Part shown: positions 21,275 through 31,155 of the stretch, piece by piece
Layout: the number at the start of each line of letters is the position of its first letter
How positions within the stretch are numbered: the first letter of the stretch is position 1
Assembly: GCA_963714275.1 (NCBI GenBank)
Contig: CAVQNT010000002.1
Coordinates: forward strand, 1 to 64,000
DNA from: Candidatus Bathyarchaeota archaeon
GTDB taxonomy: Archaea > Thermoproteota > Bathyarchaeia > Bathyarchaeales > DTEX01
Reading direction: 5' to 3'
DNA: 64,000 nucleotides
Translations under genes and position numbers: made by a program
The notes under the pieces: model-generated
What the model saw: only the letters and a program-made list of their open reading frames with translations
Database searches by the model: none
What the model was told of the DNA's origin: nothing

Positions 21275-22138
21275 ATGCTTGCCCAACAGCTCGTAAACGG
21301 CCTTACCCTCGGGTCCACTTATGCCCTTGTAGCCCTCGGGTTCACCCTGGTCTTTGGCATTTTGGGGATGATCAATTTTGCCCACGGCGAGATCTTCATG
21401 CTGGGGGCATATATGGCCCTGCTTCTGGTAACCATGGGCAAGCTCGGCATCTTCTGGTCGCTGCTCGGGGCGATGCTGGGCACAGCCGTCCTCGGAATGC
21501 TCATCGAGCGGATCTCCTTCCGCCCGCTACGCAAGGTCTCGATCCTCGCGCCCCTGATCAGCACCATCGGGCTCTCCATTTTTCTGCGCAGCCTGGCCCA
21601 GATCATCTTCGGGGCTGAGTCCACTCGCTTCCCCGTAACGATCAAAACCGCCTTCTACCAGCTGGGCCCCTTCCAGATCTCCCTGCTCCAGATTGTAATC
21701 CTGGCGGTCAGCTTCGGCTTGATGGCTATTTTCCAGGTTTTTATCAAGAAGACCAAGATTGGCAAGGCCATGCGGGCCACATCGGAAAGCCTTTACACAG
21801 CCGGCCTCCTGGGAATCAGCGTGAACCGGATCATCTTTCTCTCCTTTGCGGTGGCTTCTGCTTTGGGCGGGGTGGCCGGCGTTCTCCTGGGACTGAACTT
21901 TAACGCCATCTCCCCCCTGATGGGGAAGATGGTCGGACTGAAGGGCTTGACGATCATCATCCTGGGTGGGATGGGCAATATCACCGGGGCCATGGTTGGA
22001 GGATTATTCCTCGGCTTCGTGGAAGTTCTGAGTGTGGGCTACCTGACCTCCTCCTACCGGGATGCCGTGGCCTTTGCCCTGATGTTCCTCGTGCTTCTGA
22101 TCCGGCCTACGGGTCTCTTCGGAAGAGTCGTGAAGTAA
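21275..22138 (+). CDS. livH: Branched-chain amino acid ABC permease
   Basis: QQLVNGL..GS.YAL.ALG, INFAHG, GKAMRA, RPTGLFG. Confidence 0.92.
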   Translation: MLAQQLVNGLTLGSTYALVALGFTLVFGILGMINFAHGEIFMLGAYMALLLVTMGKLGIFWSLLGAMLGTAVLGMLIERISFRPLRKVSILAPLISTIGLSIFLRSLAQIIFGAESTRFPVTIKTAFYQLGPFQISLLQIVILAVSFGLMAIFQVFIKKTKIGKAMRATSESLYTAGLLGISVNRIIFLSFAVASALGGVAGVLLGLNFNAISPLMGKMVGLKGLTIIILGGMGNITGAMVGGLFLGFVEVLSVGYLTSSYRDAVAFALMFLVLLIRPTGLFGRVVK

Positions 22139-22163
22139 TACAAAGGCGGAAAATTATTAGTGA

Positions 22164-22246
22164 TGGAGTGACTTGGAGAGATGGAGCGACACGGAGAGCA
22201 AAGAAAATTATTTCCCGCGCGTCCCCGTGTCTCACCCGTCATCTCG
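22164..22246. repeat. Octamer-periodic palindromic repeat (family B')
   Basis: GGAGTGAC..GGAGAGAT GGAGCGAC ACGGAGA ... TCCCGCGC GTCCCCGT GTCTCACCCGTC. Confidence 0.6.
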
Positions 22247-22266
22247 TATTCTCATTAATTCTGGTT

Positions 22267-23133
22267 ATGTTTGACGCTTACACCAGTCAGGTTTTGACAT
22301 TCATCGGGATCAACAGCATCCTGGCTCTGAGCCTTTACGTCACGGCCCTGGCCGGGCAGCTCTCGGTGGGCCATGCAGCTTTCATGGGCATCGGAGCGTA
22401 CACTTCAGCGCTGCTGATGACCAAACTCGGCTGGCCCTTCTTCGTCTCGGCCCCATGCGGTGCGCTCATGGGCGGCCTATTCGGGTTTTTCATCGGCCTG
22501 CCCACGCTCCGGCTGAAGGACCTCTACCTGGCCATCGCCACCCTGGCCTTCAACATCATCTGGGTCGTGATCGTGATGAACGTGGAGGTATTCGGCGGGG
22601 CTCTGGGAATCTTCAACGTTCCCAAGGTAACCAACAACGGGATTGTTTATGTCTCCCTGGGGATTTTCCTCTACTTTTTCTACCGATTGCAGGATTCAAG
22701 GCTGGGTCGAGCATTCCGGTCTATCCAGGAAGACGAAGCCGCCGCCCGAGCCATGGGCGTCAACACGGTCTATTATAAAGTCTACGCCTTCACCTTGGGC
22801 GCCCTTATGGCCGCGTACGCGGGTGCGCTCTATGCCCATTTTGCCACCTTCATTTCTCCGCATGATTTCGAGGTTGACCGCTCGATCGAAATTCTCCTTT
22901 TTGTGGTGCTGGGCGGCAGCCAGACCTATATCGGCCCGGTATTCGGCGCGGCCGTGCTGACTTTGGCCCCCGAGGTCCTGCGCTTTTTGGCCGAATACCG
23001 TCTCCTGGTCTACGGCCTGATGTTTGTGGTGATCATGCTCCTGCGCCACGAGGGAATCATCGAAGAACATACCTTCGCCTGGAGGCGCTGGTCTAGGGCG
23101 TTACGGAGGGAGGGGCGTGAGTCTGCTCCTTGA
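22267..23133 (+). CDS. livM: Branched-chain amino acid ABC permease
   Basis: GQLS.GHAAF, LRLK.LYLAIATLAF, SRLGRA; start placed at ATG 22267, after the repeat. Confidence 0.88.
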   Translation: MFDAYTSQVLTFIGINSILALSLYVTALAGQLSVGHAAFMGIGAYTSALLMTKLGWPFFVSAPCGALMGGLFGFFIGLPTLRLKDLYLAIATLAFNIIWVVIVMNVEVFGGALGIFNVPKVTNNGIVYVSLGIFLYFFYRLQDSRLGRAFRSIQEDEAAARAMGVNTVYYKVYAFTLGALMAAYAGALYAHFATFISPHDFEVDRSIEILLFVVLGGSQTYIGPVFGAAVLTLAPEVLRFLAEYRLLVYGLMFVVIMLLRHEGIIEEHTFAWRRWSRALRREGRESAP

Positions 23134-23881
23134 AGTCTGCCAAGTCAGCAAAGTCTTCGGCGGTTTGAAGGCCCTGGATGGCGTAAGCTTGGAGGTTGAA
23201 GAGGGGGAAATCTTCGGCTTGATCGGGCCGAATGGAGCAGGCAAGACTACGCTCTTCAACCTGATCTCCGGGACGCTTCCCATCTCGGCGGGAAGTGTGG
23301 TTTTTAAAAAGAAGGAGATCTCCCGACTTCCCGACTACCAAATTTGTCAGCTGGGCATCGCCCGCACCTACCAGAATATTCGCCTTTTCGGAAGAATGAC
23401 CGTTTTGGAAAATGTGCTGGTCGGCCAGCACTGTCGGACGCGGGCTGGCCTCTGGTCTACATTCCTCCGCCTGCCTGCCGAGCGCGCCGAGAATGCCAGG
23501 GCGCAGCGGGTGGCGGAAGAGTGGCTGGATTTCTTCCATCTCTCGACGAAGAGGGAGGAGAAGGCTTCCAGCTTAGCTTACGGAGAAGAACGTCGGCTGG
23601 AGATTGCCCGCGCTTTGGCCACTGAGCCTACCCTCCTGCTCCTCGACGAGCCTTCGGCAGGGATGAACCCTCAGGAAGTCCGCGAACTGAATGAACTGAT
23701 CACGAAAATTCGCAACCGGGGCAAGACCATTTTCCTGATCGAGCACAACATGCGGGTCATCATGGATATCTGCGACCGAATCGCCGTGCTGGACTTTGGG
23801 CAGAAGATCGCCCAGGGAACTCCGGCGGAAGTGCGTGCCGATCCCCGGGTCATTGAGGCCTACCTGGGAAGGGAGGAGTGA
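23117..23881 (+). CDS. livG: Branched-chain amino acid ABC ATPase
   Basis: GPNGAGKTT, LAYGE.RRLEIARAL, VIEAYLG. Confidence 0.92.
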   Translation: MSLLLEVCQVSKVFGGLKALDGVSLEVEEGEIFGLIGPNGAGKTTLFNLISGTLPISAGSVVFKKKEISRLPDYQICQLGIARTYQNIRLFGRMTVLENVLVGQHCRTRAGLWSTFLRLPAERAENARAQRVAEEWLDFFHLSTKREEKASSLAYGEERRLEIARALATEPTLLLLDEPSAGMNPQEVRELNELITKIRNRGKTIFLIEHNMRVIMDICDRIAVLDFGQKIAQGTPAEVRADPRVIEAYLGREE

Positions 23882-24586
23882 GTGCTCGAAGTTCACGACC
23901 TCCACGTCAACTACGGGAACATCCGGGCGCTGAGGGGAATCTCCCTTACCGTACAGGAAGGGGAGGTTGTGGCTTTAATCGGCGCCAACGGCGCCGGAAA
24001 GACAACCCTCCTGAATACCATCTCTGGTTTTTATCGTCCGCGCCAAGGGAATATCCTCTTCCGCGGGGAGGCAATTCAGGACCTTCCCCCTAACGCCATC
24101 GTAGCGCGTGGGATTGCCCAGGTCCCCGAGGGCCGGTCCATCCTGGCCCAGATGACGGTTATGGAAAACCTGGAAATGGGGGCTTACAGCCGGAAAGACC
24201 CCCCGGGGGTCAAAAGCGATCTATCCAAAATCCTGGAATGGTTCCCCAGGTTGCGCGAGAGAAGGAACCAACTGGGGGGCACTCTCAGCGGCGGCGAACA
24301 GCAGATGTTAGCCATCGGGCGAGCTTTGATGTCCAAGCCCCAAATCCTCCTTTTGGATGAGCCTTCCATGGGGTTGGGCCCCCTCATTGTCAGGGAAGTC
24401 TTTCAGATCATCGTGGAGATCAAAGCCGCGGGAGCTACCCTGCTCCTGGTCGAACAGAATGCCCGTCTGGCTTTGCGCGTGGCCAACCGAGGCTACGTGA
24501 TGGAGAATGGTTTAGTGATCTTCCAGGAATCTGCCGATCAACTCTTGAATAACCCTCTGGTCCGAGAAGCCTACCTGGGAGCGTGA
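23882..24586 (+). CDS. livF: Branched-chain amino acid ABC ATPase
   Basis: GANGAGKTT, VPEGR, LSGGEQQML. Confidence 0.92.
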   Translation: MLEVHDLHVNYGNIRALRGISLTVQEGEVVALIGANGAGKTTLLNTISGFYRPRQGNILFRGEAIQDLPPNAIVARGIAQVPEGRSILAQMTVMENLEMGAYSRKDPPGVKSDLSKILEWFPRLRERRNQLGGTLSGGEQQMLAIGRALMSKPQILLLDEPSMGLGPLIVREVFQIIVEIKAAGATLLLVEQNARLALRVANRGYVMENGLVIFQESADQLLNNPLVREAYLGA

Positions 24587-24665
24587 GACTTTCCCGAAAT
24601 CCAAAACCCAAAAATTTATGTGCCAAATGAAAGCCCAAAAATCAAAAAGAAATTTGGATCAATTT

Positions 24666-24787
24666 TGATGAAATCGAAAAAAGTCTAAAAAGACGTATTT
24701 CCGTCATTCGGCGAAAGCCGGAATCCAGTTAATTAAGATACTTAAAAATTCTCTGGACTCCGTTCCACCAGTGACGACTTTATCATC
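24666..24787. mobile_element. MITE (TGAT..TCG.AAAAAGT shell) carrying a family D REP pair, degenerate right end
   Basis: Left end TGATGAAATCGAAAAAAGTC; internal CGTCATTCGGCGAAAGCCGGAATCCAG and CTGGACTCCG...GTGACG. Confidence 0.6.
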
Positions 24788-24938
24788 TTGATGTCGTAAA
24801 AAGTCAGAAAACTCCTCTCCCTCGACGGGAGAGGGTCGGGGAGGGTGAGAGTCAAAATCCCAGCAAGTTATTTATCCCCCTCCCCTTCATCCCCTCCCGT
24901 CACGAAGGCGTGAAGGGGAATCTACTTTTTCGAGATCA
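24788..24938 (-). mobile_element. MITE-1 copy (inverted) carrying a family C REP pair
   Basis: Matches the reverse complement of 33381-33576 by eye: TCGTAAAAAGTC...CCTCTCCCTCGACGGGAGAGG...TTATCCCCCTCCCCTT...CTACTTTTT. Confidence 0.75.
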
Positions 24939-25159
24939 CGGAAGAGGGTCGCAATTCTTGAAATGACCGAAATGTAAATTTCGGAAAGCCCGTCTTTTTG
25001 AAATTTGCAATTTAAATTTTGCATTTTGTCCCGCTGAGGGGGAAAGTTTGAACAATTTTTCAAGTGGCTAAATTGTTACAAAAATTTCCATTTGGATTGA
25101 AAAAGAGGTTTATGGGCGTTTGGTAAGATTAAAATAATTTTAATTTCGCCAAAATTTTC

Positions 25160-25188
25160 TTGACAAGGCGAAAGGCCTGTAATATCGT
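25160..25188 (+). promoter_or_regulatory. Putative sigma70 promoter upstream of glcD
   Basis: TTGACA-17-TATCGT in AT-rich context. Confidence 0.45.
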
Positions 25189-25466
25189 AAAATAGGTTTT
25201 TGAAGAGCTGTCGAGCACCCCATTCACTGATTGTTTTTCTGGCACGCTGGGGGAGGTTGGATGGCCAAGGTATCGATTACAGACGGTCTGGGATCCAGGC
25301 AATATCCGCTCTCTCTTTTCTTATTTTTATCTTCCTTATCTTCATCTTCCGTTATTAAACAATCCGCCATCGAACTTAATATGAACAATGGGGTAACTTT
25401 TCCCCAAGAGACCTGCAATGGCCCCTGGGCGAAGCCTGGGCAGCCAGAAAAGGAAAGGACTCTGCC

Positions 25467-26852
25467 ATGCTAAATCAAGAAGTCCTGAAAAAATTTGCAT
25501 CCATTCTCGGCCCAGAGCGGGTGAAGACTTCCCAAGAGGACTTGCTGACCTATGCCTACGATGCCTATGTCATGGAGTACATCCCGGATGCAGTCCTCTT
25601 TCCAAAGTCTGTGGAAGAGGTATCGCAGATCATGAAGGTGGCCAGCGCTCATAAAGTTCCGATCACCCCACGGGGGGCAGGGTCCGGGCTGGGGGGTGGC
25701 TCCCTGGCCAAGCGCGGCGGGGCGGTCCTCTGTTTCACTATGATGAACCGCATCCTGGAGGTCAATACCGCCAACCGCTACGCCGTAGTCGAACCGGGAG
25801 TAGTCATCTCGGAATTTCAGAAAGAGGTGGAAAAATTAAATCTCTTTTATCCCCCGGACCCGGGCAGCGCCACAGTGGCCACTATGGGGGGAGCGGTGCT
25901 GATGAATGCGGGAGGGATGCGCGGGATCAAATACGGCGTGACCCGGGACTACCTGATGGGGCTGGAGATCGTCCTTCCTTCGGGGGCAATGATGAAAACC
26001 GGTAGCGTTACCTCCAAGGATGTTACGGGGTATGACCTCACCCGGTTGATCTGCGGCTCAGAGGGCACGTTGGCGCTGGTGACCAAAATTGTCGTTCGCC
26101 TTTTGCCCAAGCCGAAATCCAGACGCACGCTGCAGGCCATCTACAATCGGATCGATGACGCCGGAAACACGGTGGCCAAGATCATTGAAGCGGGGATCAT
26201 CCCGGCCACGCTGGAGCTGATGGATAAAATGATCATTAAGGCCCTGGAGGATTTTGCCCATTTGGGCCTTCCCCTGGATGCCGAAGCGGTCCTGCTCATC
26301 GATGTGGATGGAGACCTGGAGGCGGTGGAAAAGCAGGCGGCGCTGGTGGCTGATTTCTGTAAGAGCCAAGGAGCCCGGGATGTTCGCGTCTCCCAATCCG
26401 AAAAAGAGAACGAACAGCTCTGGGTCGCCCGCCGTTCGGCTTTTGGGGCTGTAGCCCGGATGCGCCCGACCTGTGTGATCGAGGATGCCACGGTGCCCGT
26501 CAGTTACCTGACCTCGGCCATCAAAAAGGTGATCGAGATCTCCGAGCGGAATCGGGTGCAAATTGCGGTCCTGGCCCACGCCGGGGATGGCAACCTTCAC
26601 CCGCTAGTACTCTGTGATCAACGGGATAAAGAAGAAATGGTGCGGGTGGAAAAGGCCATGGAAGAGATTGTGGATTATGCGATGTCCGTGGGCGGTACGC
26701 TTTCCGGAGAGCACGGGATCGGCATCGCCAAAGCCAAATACCTGCCCAAACAATTGAGCGGAACGGCCCTGGAGATGATGCGGGCCGTCAAAAAAACTTT
26801 CGACCCCCAGGGGATCTTAAACCCCGGTAGTTTTCTGGAGTATGCGGCATGA
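25467..26852 (+). CDS. glcD: FAD-linked 2-hydroxyacid oxidase (GlcD/D-lactate dehydrogenase family)
   Basis: PRGAGSGL.GG, YPPDP.S, GSEGTL, HAGDGNLHP, SGEHGIG. Confidence 0.88.
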   Translation: MLNQEVLKKFASILGPERVKTSQEDLLTYAYDAYVMEYIPDAVLFPKSVEEVSQIMKVASAHKVPITPRGAGSGLGGGSLAKRGGAVLCFTMMNRILEVNTANRYAVVEPGVVISEFQKEVEKLNLFYPPDPGSATVATMGGAVLMNAGGMRGIKYGVTRDYLMGLEIVLPSGAMMKTGSVTSKDVTGYDLTRLICGSEGTLALVTKIVVRLLPKPKSRRTLQAIYNRIDDAGNTVAKIIEAGIIPATLELMDKMIIKALEDFAHLGLPLDAEAVLLIDVDGDLEAVEKQAALVADFCKSQGARDVRVSQSEKENEQLWVARRSAFGAVARMRPTCVIEDATVPVSYLTSAIKKVIEISERNRVQIAVLAHAGDGNLHPLVLCDQRDKEEMVRVEKAMEEIVDYAMSVGGTLSGEHGIGIAKAKYLPKQLSGTALEMMRAVKKTFDPQGILNPGSFLEYAA

Positions 26853-28076
26853 TTGCCAAGGAGATTCAAGAGGAAGTCCATAACTGTATCAAGTGCGGGC
26901 TTTGCCTTACCCCCTGTCCGGTGTACAAACAGCTTTACTTCGAGGCCGCCTCGCCGCGAGGAAAGGTACAGTTGATCAAGAAGATTCTGGAGGGGAAATT
27001 GGAACCCTCGGAGAATTTTCACCGCCTCCTTTTCACCTGCCTGCTTTGCGAAACCTGCACGGTGAATTGCCCCAGCGGCCTGAAGGTGGACCGGCTGATG
27101 AAGGCCATGCGGGCCGAGATTTTGCAGAAGTTCGGGCTACCCTGGCAGAAAAAAATGCTCTTCCACCTCCTGGTAGGGAAACGGTCTGCTTCCTTTCTTC
27201 TTGTTCTGGGGACGGACTTTGGGGAATCCCCTCCTGGCGCGGATGCCCAGAAGCCGCAAGCTGGGAACCATCCCTTATTCCAAGTTTCCCCGGTTGAACC
27301 GGAAGCCTTTGCGAGAGTCAATATCCCGAAATCGTCAAAGTCGCCGACCCCAAAGGTCGGGTGTTGTATTTCACCGGATGTGCCACGAACTACCTTTTCG
27401 AAAATGTGGGCCGGTCCGTGATCAGTATCTTGCAGCGCCTGGGAGTGGAAGTGATCATTCCCCGGGAGCAGGTGTGTTGCGGCCTGCCGATCTTTCTGGC
27501 CGGCGCCCGCCAGATGGCCTTGAAGAACATCCGGAAAAATATTGAGCTCTTCAACCGCGATGACGTGGACGCGGTCATCGTGGACTGCGCCACTTGCGGC
27601 GCGGCCCTGAAGAAGGAATACGCCCATATTCTGGAAGAAATGGGGGAGAGCCCGGAAGCCGCCCAAACCCTGGGCCGCAAGGTGCTGGACATCTCTCAAT
27701 ACCTGGTGCGTTTTGACCTGGAGAAGCACCTCCGGCCGATTCAAGGCCGGGTGACCTACCATGACCCCTGTCACCTCCTGCGCAGCCAGGGAGTGAAAGA
27801 AGAGCCTCGCAGCTTACTGAAAGGCATCCCGGGGTTGCAGTATGTGGAAATGGCTGGTGCGGACGTCTGCTGCGGGGGGGAGGGACGTTTCAGTGGGAAC
27901 ATCCGGATGTAGCCTCGGGGATCAGCAGTAAAAAAGTTCAATCCATCAAAGAGACCGGGGCAGGCATTGTGGCTTCGGGCTGTCCTGGGTGCCGGCTGCA
28001 GATTTATGGGAACTTCGGAGAAGAATCCGTCGAGGTGGTTCATCCCGTAGAAATTCTGGCAAAGGCATTGCATTGA
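26849..28076 (+). CDS. glcF: GlcF-type Fe-S/CCG-domain subunit, with several frameshifts
   Basis: CIKCGLC...CP, CLLCETC...CP, YFTGC, CCG, YHDPCHL, CCGGG, CPGC..Q, HPVEIL; split over ORFs 26849, 27201, 27361 and a final frame ending at 28076. Confidence 0.8.
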
Positions 28077-28663
28077 ACGTCGAATGGGAAGTCAGAAGGC
28101 TGAAACTCGGGGAGAAGATCAAGGATCTTCGCCTGAAGCAGCGCTACACGCTCCGGCAAGTTGCCGGGGAAACCGGTCTTTCTATTCCCCTCCTTTCCCA
28201 GATCGAGAACAACGCAGTTTCTCCACCCGTGGCCACCCTGATGCGCATCGCCAGGGCTTTCGATGTAAACATCGGTTATTTTTTCCGGGAAGAGGAATCA
28301 AAAGAACGGGCGGTCGTGGTGCGCAAGGATGAGCGCCGGAAGGTCTTCCGCCGGATGCCCGCGCAACATGGAGAGAGCGGGTATACCTACGAGGCCCTGG
28401 CCTACACGAAAAACGCCAAGCATATGGAGCCTTTCCTGGTGGAATTTGAGCCCAAGAAGAGAGAAGAGGTCGCTTTCTTAAATCATCGGGGCGAAGAATT
28501 CATTTTCCTCTTCAGGGGGAGTTTGGCCTTCCATTACAATCAGGAGGAGATTCTCCTGCAAGCCGGGGATAGTTTGTATTTTGACGCGGACGTACCCCAC
28601 GCATTTCGGGCCCTACGGGGGAAGAAAGCCCAGGCGATTGTGGTGGTCTACTCGGAGGAATAA
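28073..28663 (+). CDS. XRE-family HTH regulator with cupin sensor domain
   Basis: LGEKIK.LR...TL..VA..TGLS...LSQIEN HTH; H.GEEF and YFDA.VPH cupin; TTG start overlapping the upstream stop. Confidence 0.88.
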   Translation: MNVEWEVRRLKLGEKIKDLRLKQRYTLRQVAGETGLSIPLLSQIENNAVSPPVATLMRIARAFDVNIGYFFREEESKERAVVVRKDERRKVFRRMPAQHGESGYTYEALAYTKNAKHMEPFLVEFEPKKREEVAFLNHRGEEFIFLFRGSLAFHYNQEEILLQAGDSLYFDADVPHAFRALRGKKAQAIVVVYSEE

Positions 28664-28738
28664 TAGCAATTAGCGATCAGCAAACAGCTTTCAGGCAAAA
28701 GAATTCCCTTCGCTGATAGCTGATCGCTGACGGCTGAA
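28664..28738. repeat. Heptamer-periodic palindromic repeat (family B)
   Basis: TAGCAAT TAGCGAT CAGCAAA CAGCTTT ... GCTGATA GCTGATC GCTGACG GCTGA. Confidence 0.8.
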
Positions 28739-28761
28739 GGCTTCTCAAAAGGAGTTGGCAA

Positions 28762-29310
28762 ATGATCGAGATCCGGATTCACGGCCGGGGAGGGCAGGGG
28801 GCGGTGATCGCTTCGGAAGTCCTGGCTTCGGCTTTTTTCAAGGAAGGAAAATTCGTTCAGGCTTTTCCGGCTTTTGGGGTGGAACGCCGGGGGGCTCCGG
28901 TGACGGCCTTTACCCGGGTGGATGACCAGCCCATTCGCATTCGCAACTTTATTTATGAACCAGATCACATCATCGTTCTCGACCCCACCCTGATTGAAAG
29001 TACCCAGGTGGATTCCGGGCTGAAGGAGAATGGCTGGATCATCATCAACACGGACCGCCCCCCCAAAGCCTTTGGGCTCTTCTCCAAGTTCCGCGTGGCC
29101 ACGGTGGATGCCAATCGCATCGCCATCGAGTACAAGTTAGGTTCTCCCACGGCTCCCATCGTGAATACGGCTATTATGGGGGCTTTCTCCAAGATTACCG
29201 GGATGGTGTCGGTGGATGCCGTGATCGAAGCGGTAAAAGAATTTGTGCCGTCGAACAAAGCCGGCAATGCAGCGGCCACCAAAGAAGCCTATGACCGGGC
29301 CAAGGCTTAA
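28762..29310 (+). CDS. porC: Pyruvate/2-oxoacid:ferredoxin oxidoreductase gamma subunit
   Basis: HGRGGQG, FGVERRGAPV. Confidence 0.9.
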   Translation: MIEIRIHGRGGQGAVIASEVLASAFFKEGKFVQAFPAFGVERRGAPVTAFTRVDDQPIRIRNFIYEPDHIIVLDPTLIESTQVDSGLKENGWIIINTDRPPKAFGLFSKFRVATVDANRIAIEYKLGSPTAPIVNTAIMGAFSKITGMVSVDAVIEAVKEFVPSNKAGNAAATKEAYDRAKA

Positions 29311-29394
29311 AAGCCAGTTGCGAGTTTCAAGTTTCAAGTTGCAAGTCAAAAGCTAAAAGAAGAATTAAAAAAGAACCCGTTCAAGTTTCAAGGA

Positions 29395-31155
29395 GTGAAA
29401 ATGGCCGAGCAGATCATATTCAAGCGTGAAGAGGATATGCCTTACCAGCCCATCTCGTTCGCCTCCATGGCCTGGAACAAAACCGGGAGCTGGAGGTATC
29501 TTAGGCCGCGGTTTGATAATAAGATTTCTCCGTGCAACGAAGGGTGTCCGGCGGGCCAGGATATCGAGGGGGCCATGGTCCTGATCGGGAAAGGGAAGGT
29601 TTTGGAAGCCTGGGAGCTTTTTAAGGAGGAAAATCCCTTCCCGGGGGTTTGCGGGAGAGTCTGTTTCCATCCCTGTGAATCCTCCTGCAACCGGAAGGAT
29701 TTCGATGAGGCCGTTTCCATCAATGGACTGGAGCGCTTCATGGCCGATTCCGCCTCCCGGCAGGGAAGGAAGCTATCTCCCAAACGGGATAAAAGGAAGG
29801 AGAAAGTAGCGATCATCGGCTCCGGGCCTGCGGGTTTGACCTGCGCCTATCACCTGGCCCGCATGGGGTACGGGGTTACCGTCTTTGAAGCCCTGCCCGT
29901 TCTGGGAGGAATGCTCCGGGTGGGTATTCCGGAATATCGGCTTCCCGAGAAAGTTCTGGAGGAAGAGATCGACCAGATATTGGAGTTAGGGGTGAAAACC
30001 GAGATCAACGTCCGCCTGGGGGAAGCGTTTTCGTTGAGGGATCTTGAGGAATACCAGGCTGTATTCCTGGCCCTGGGCAATCATCGGAGTAAAAGCCTGG
30101 GCATCCCCGGAGAAGATGCCGAGGGGGTGATGAGCGGCGTAGAATTTTTGCGAAATGTGAGCCTGGGCAAGGAAGTGGCGCTGGGAAAGAGAGTAGCCGT
30201 GATCGGCGGTGGGAATACGGCCTTCGACGCCGCCCGTTCCGCCTTGCGCCTGGGGGCCAAACCATTCATCCTTTACCGGCGGACCCGGGAAGAGATGCCC
30301 GCCTTCCCGGCCGAAATTGTAGAGGCCGAAGAGGAAGGCATCGAGATTTCCTACCTGGTCTCGCCGATTCAATTGATTGCCGAGAACGGAAAGGTCAGCC
30401 GCCTGGAATGCGTGAAGAACCGGTTGGGACCCGCCGATGAGGATGGTCGCCGCCGGCCGGTACAGATCAAAGGGTCGAACTTCTTCCTGGAGGTGGACCA
30501 CGTCATCTCGGCTATTGGCGAGGATGCGGACCTTTCGGCCTTGCCGAAGAAGGTCGGATGGAAAGAAAACGCCATCCTGACGGATGAGCGGGGAGCGACG
30601 AAGCAAAAAGGGGTATTTGCGGGAGGCGACATCATCCAGCAGCCTCGGACGGTTGTCCATGCCATTGGCTCCGGGAAACGGGCCGCAATCTTCATCGATT
30701 GCTTTTTGAAAGGGAACAAATGGGAGGGCCTCTTCGATGCCATCCGCATCGGCGAACGGGGCAGCCTATCGATAAAGCGTTACCTGCAAGAAGAGAAGGA
30801 GCGCGTCCCGTTCAGTTCGAAGACTGTGCGCCTCAAAGACCTGAACCTGGATTATTTCGATTACCAGAAACGCAAAAAAATGCCCAAGGCCCAGATTGCC
30901 AAGCGGCTGGGGTCTTTCGAAGAAGTCAACCTGGGCTATTCTGAGGAAACGGCCAGAGGGGAGGCGAACCGTTGCTTCAACTGCGGGGTCTGCAACCTCT
31001 GCGACAACTGTTACATCTTTTGCCCGGATGTGGCCATCCAAAAACAAGGGGAGGATGGGCCGAACGTCATAGACTATGACCATTGCAAGGGATGCGGGAT
31101 CTGCGTGGAGGAGTGCCCCAGGGATGCCCTGATCATGGAGGAGGAAGTGAAATGA
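29395..31155 (+). CDS. PorD-like ferredoxin subunit fused with a GltD/SudA/NfnB-like FAD/NAD(P)H oxidoreductase
   Basis: NKTGSWR..RP (PorD N-terminus), PC...CP, CGRVC.HPCE..C, GSGPAG, GGGN.A.D, C-terminal CNLCDNC...CP and CKGCGIC...CP. Confidence 0.85.
   Translation: MKMAEQIIFKREEDMPYQPISFASMAWNKTGSWRYLRPRFDNKISPCNEGCPAGQDIEGAMVLIGKGKVLEAWELFKEENPFPGVCGRVCFHPCESSCNRKDFDEAVSINGLERFMADSASRQGRKLSPKRDKRKEKVAIIGSGPAGLTCAYHLARMGYGVTVFEALPVLGGMLRVGIPEYRLPEKVLEEEIDQILELGVKTEINVRLGEAFSLRDLEEYQAVFLALGNHRSKSLGIPGEDAEGVMSGVEFLRNVSLGKEVALGKRVAVIGGGNTAFDAARSALRLGAKPFILYRRTREEMPAFPAEIVEAEEEGIEISYLVSPIQLIAENGKVSRLECVKNRLGPADEDGRRRPVQIKGSNFFLEVDHVISAIGEDADLSALPKKVGWKENAILTDERGATKQKGVFAGGDIIQQPRTVVHAIGSGKRAAIFIDCFLKGNKWEGLFDAIRIGERGSLSIKRYLQEEKERVPFSSKTVRLKDLNLDYFDYQKRKKMPKAQIAKRLGSFEEVNLGYSEETARGEANRCFNCGVCNLCDNCYIFCPDVAIQKQGEDGPNVIDYDHCKGCGICVEECPRDALIMEEEVK

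Noticed and set aside
25200-25466. Riboswitch or sigma54 promoter in the long glcD leader
   Set aside because: TGGCACG is not followed by TTGC at the right spacing, and I recognise no riboswitch consensus; an Rfam scan would settle it.
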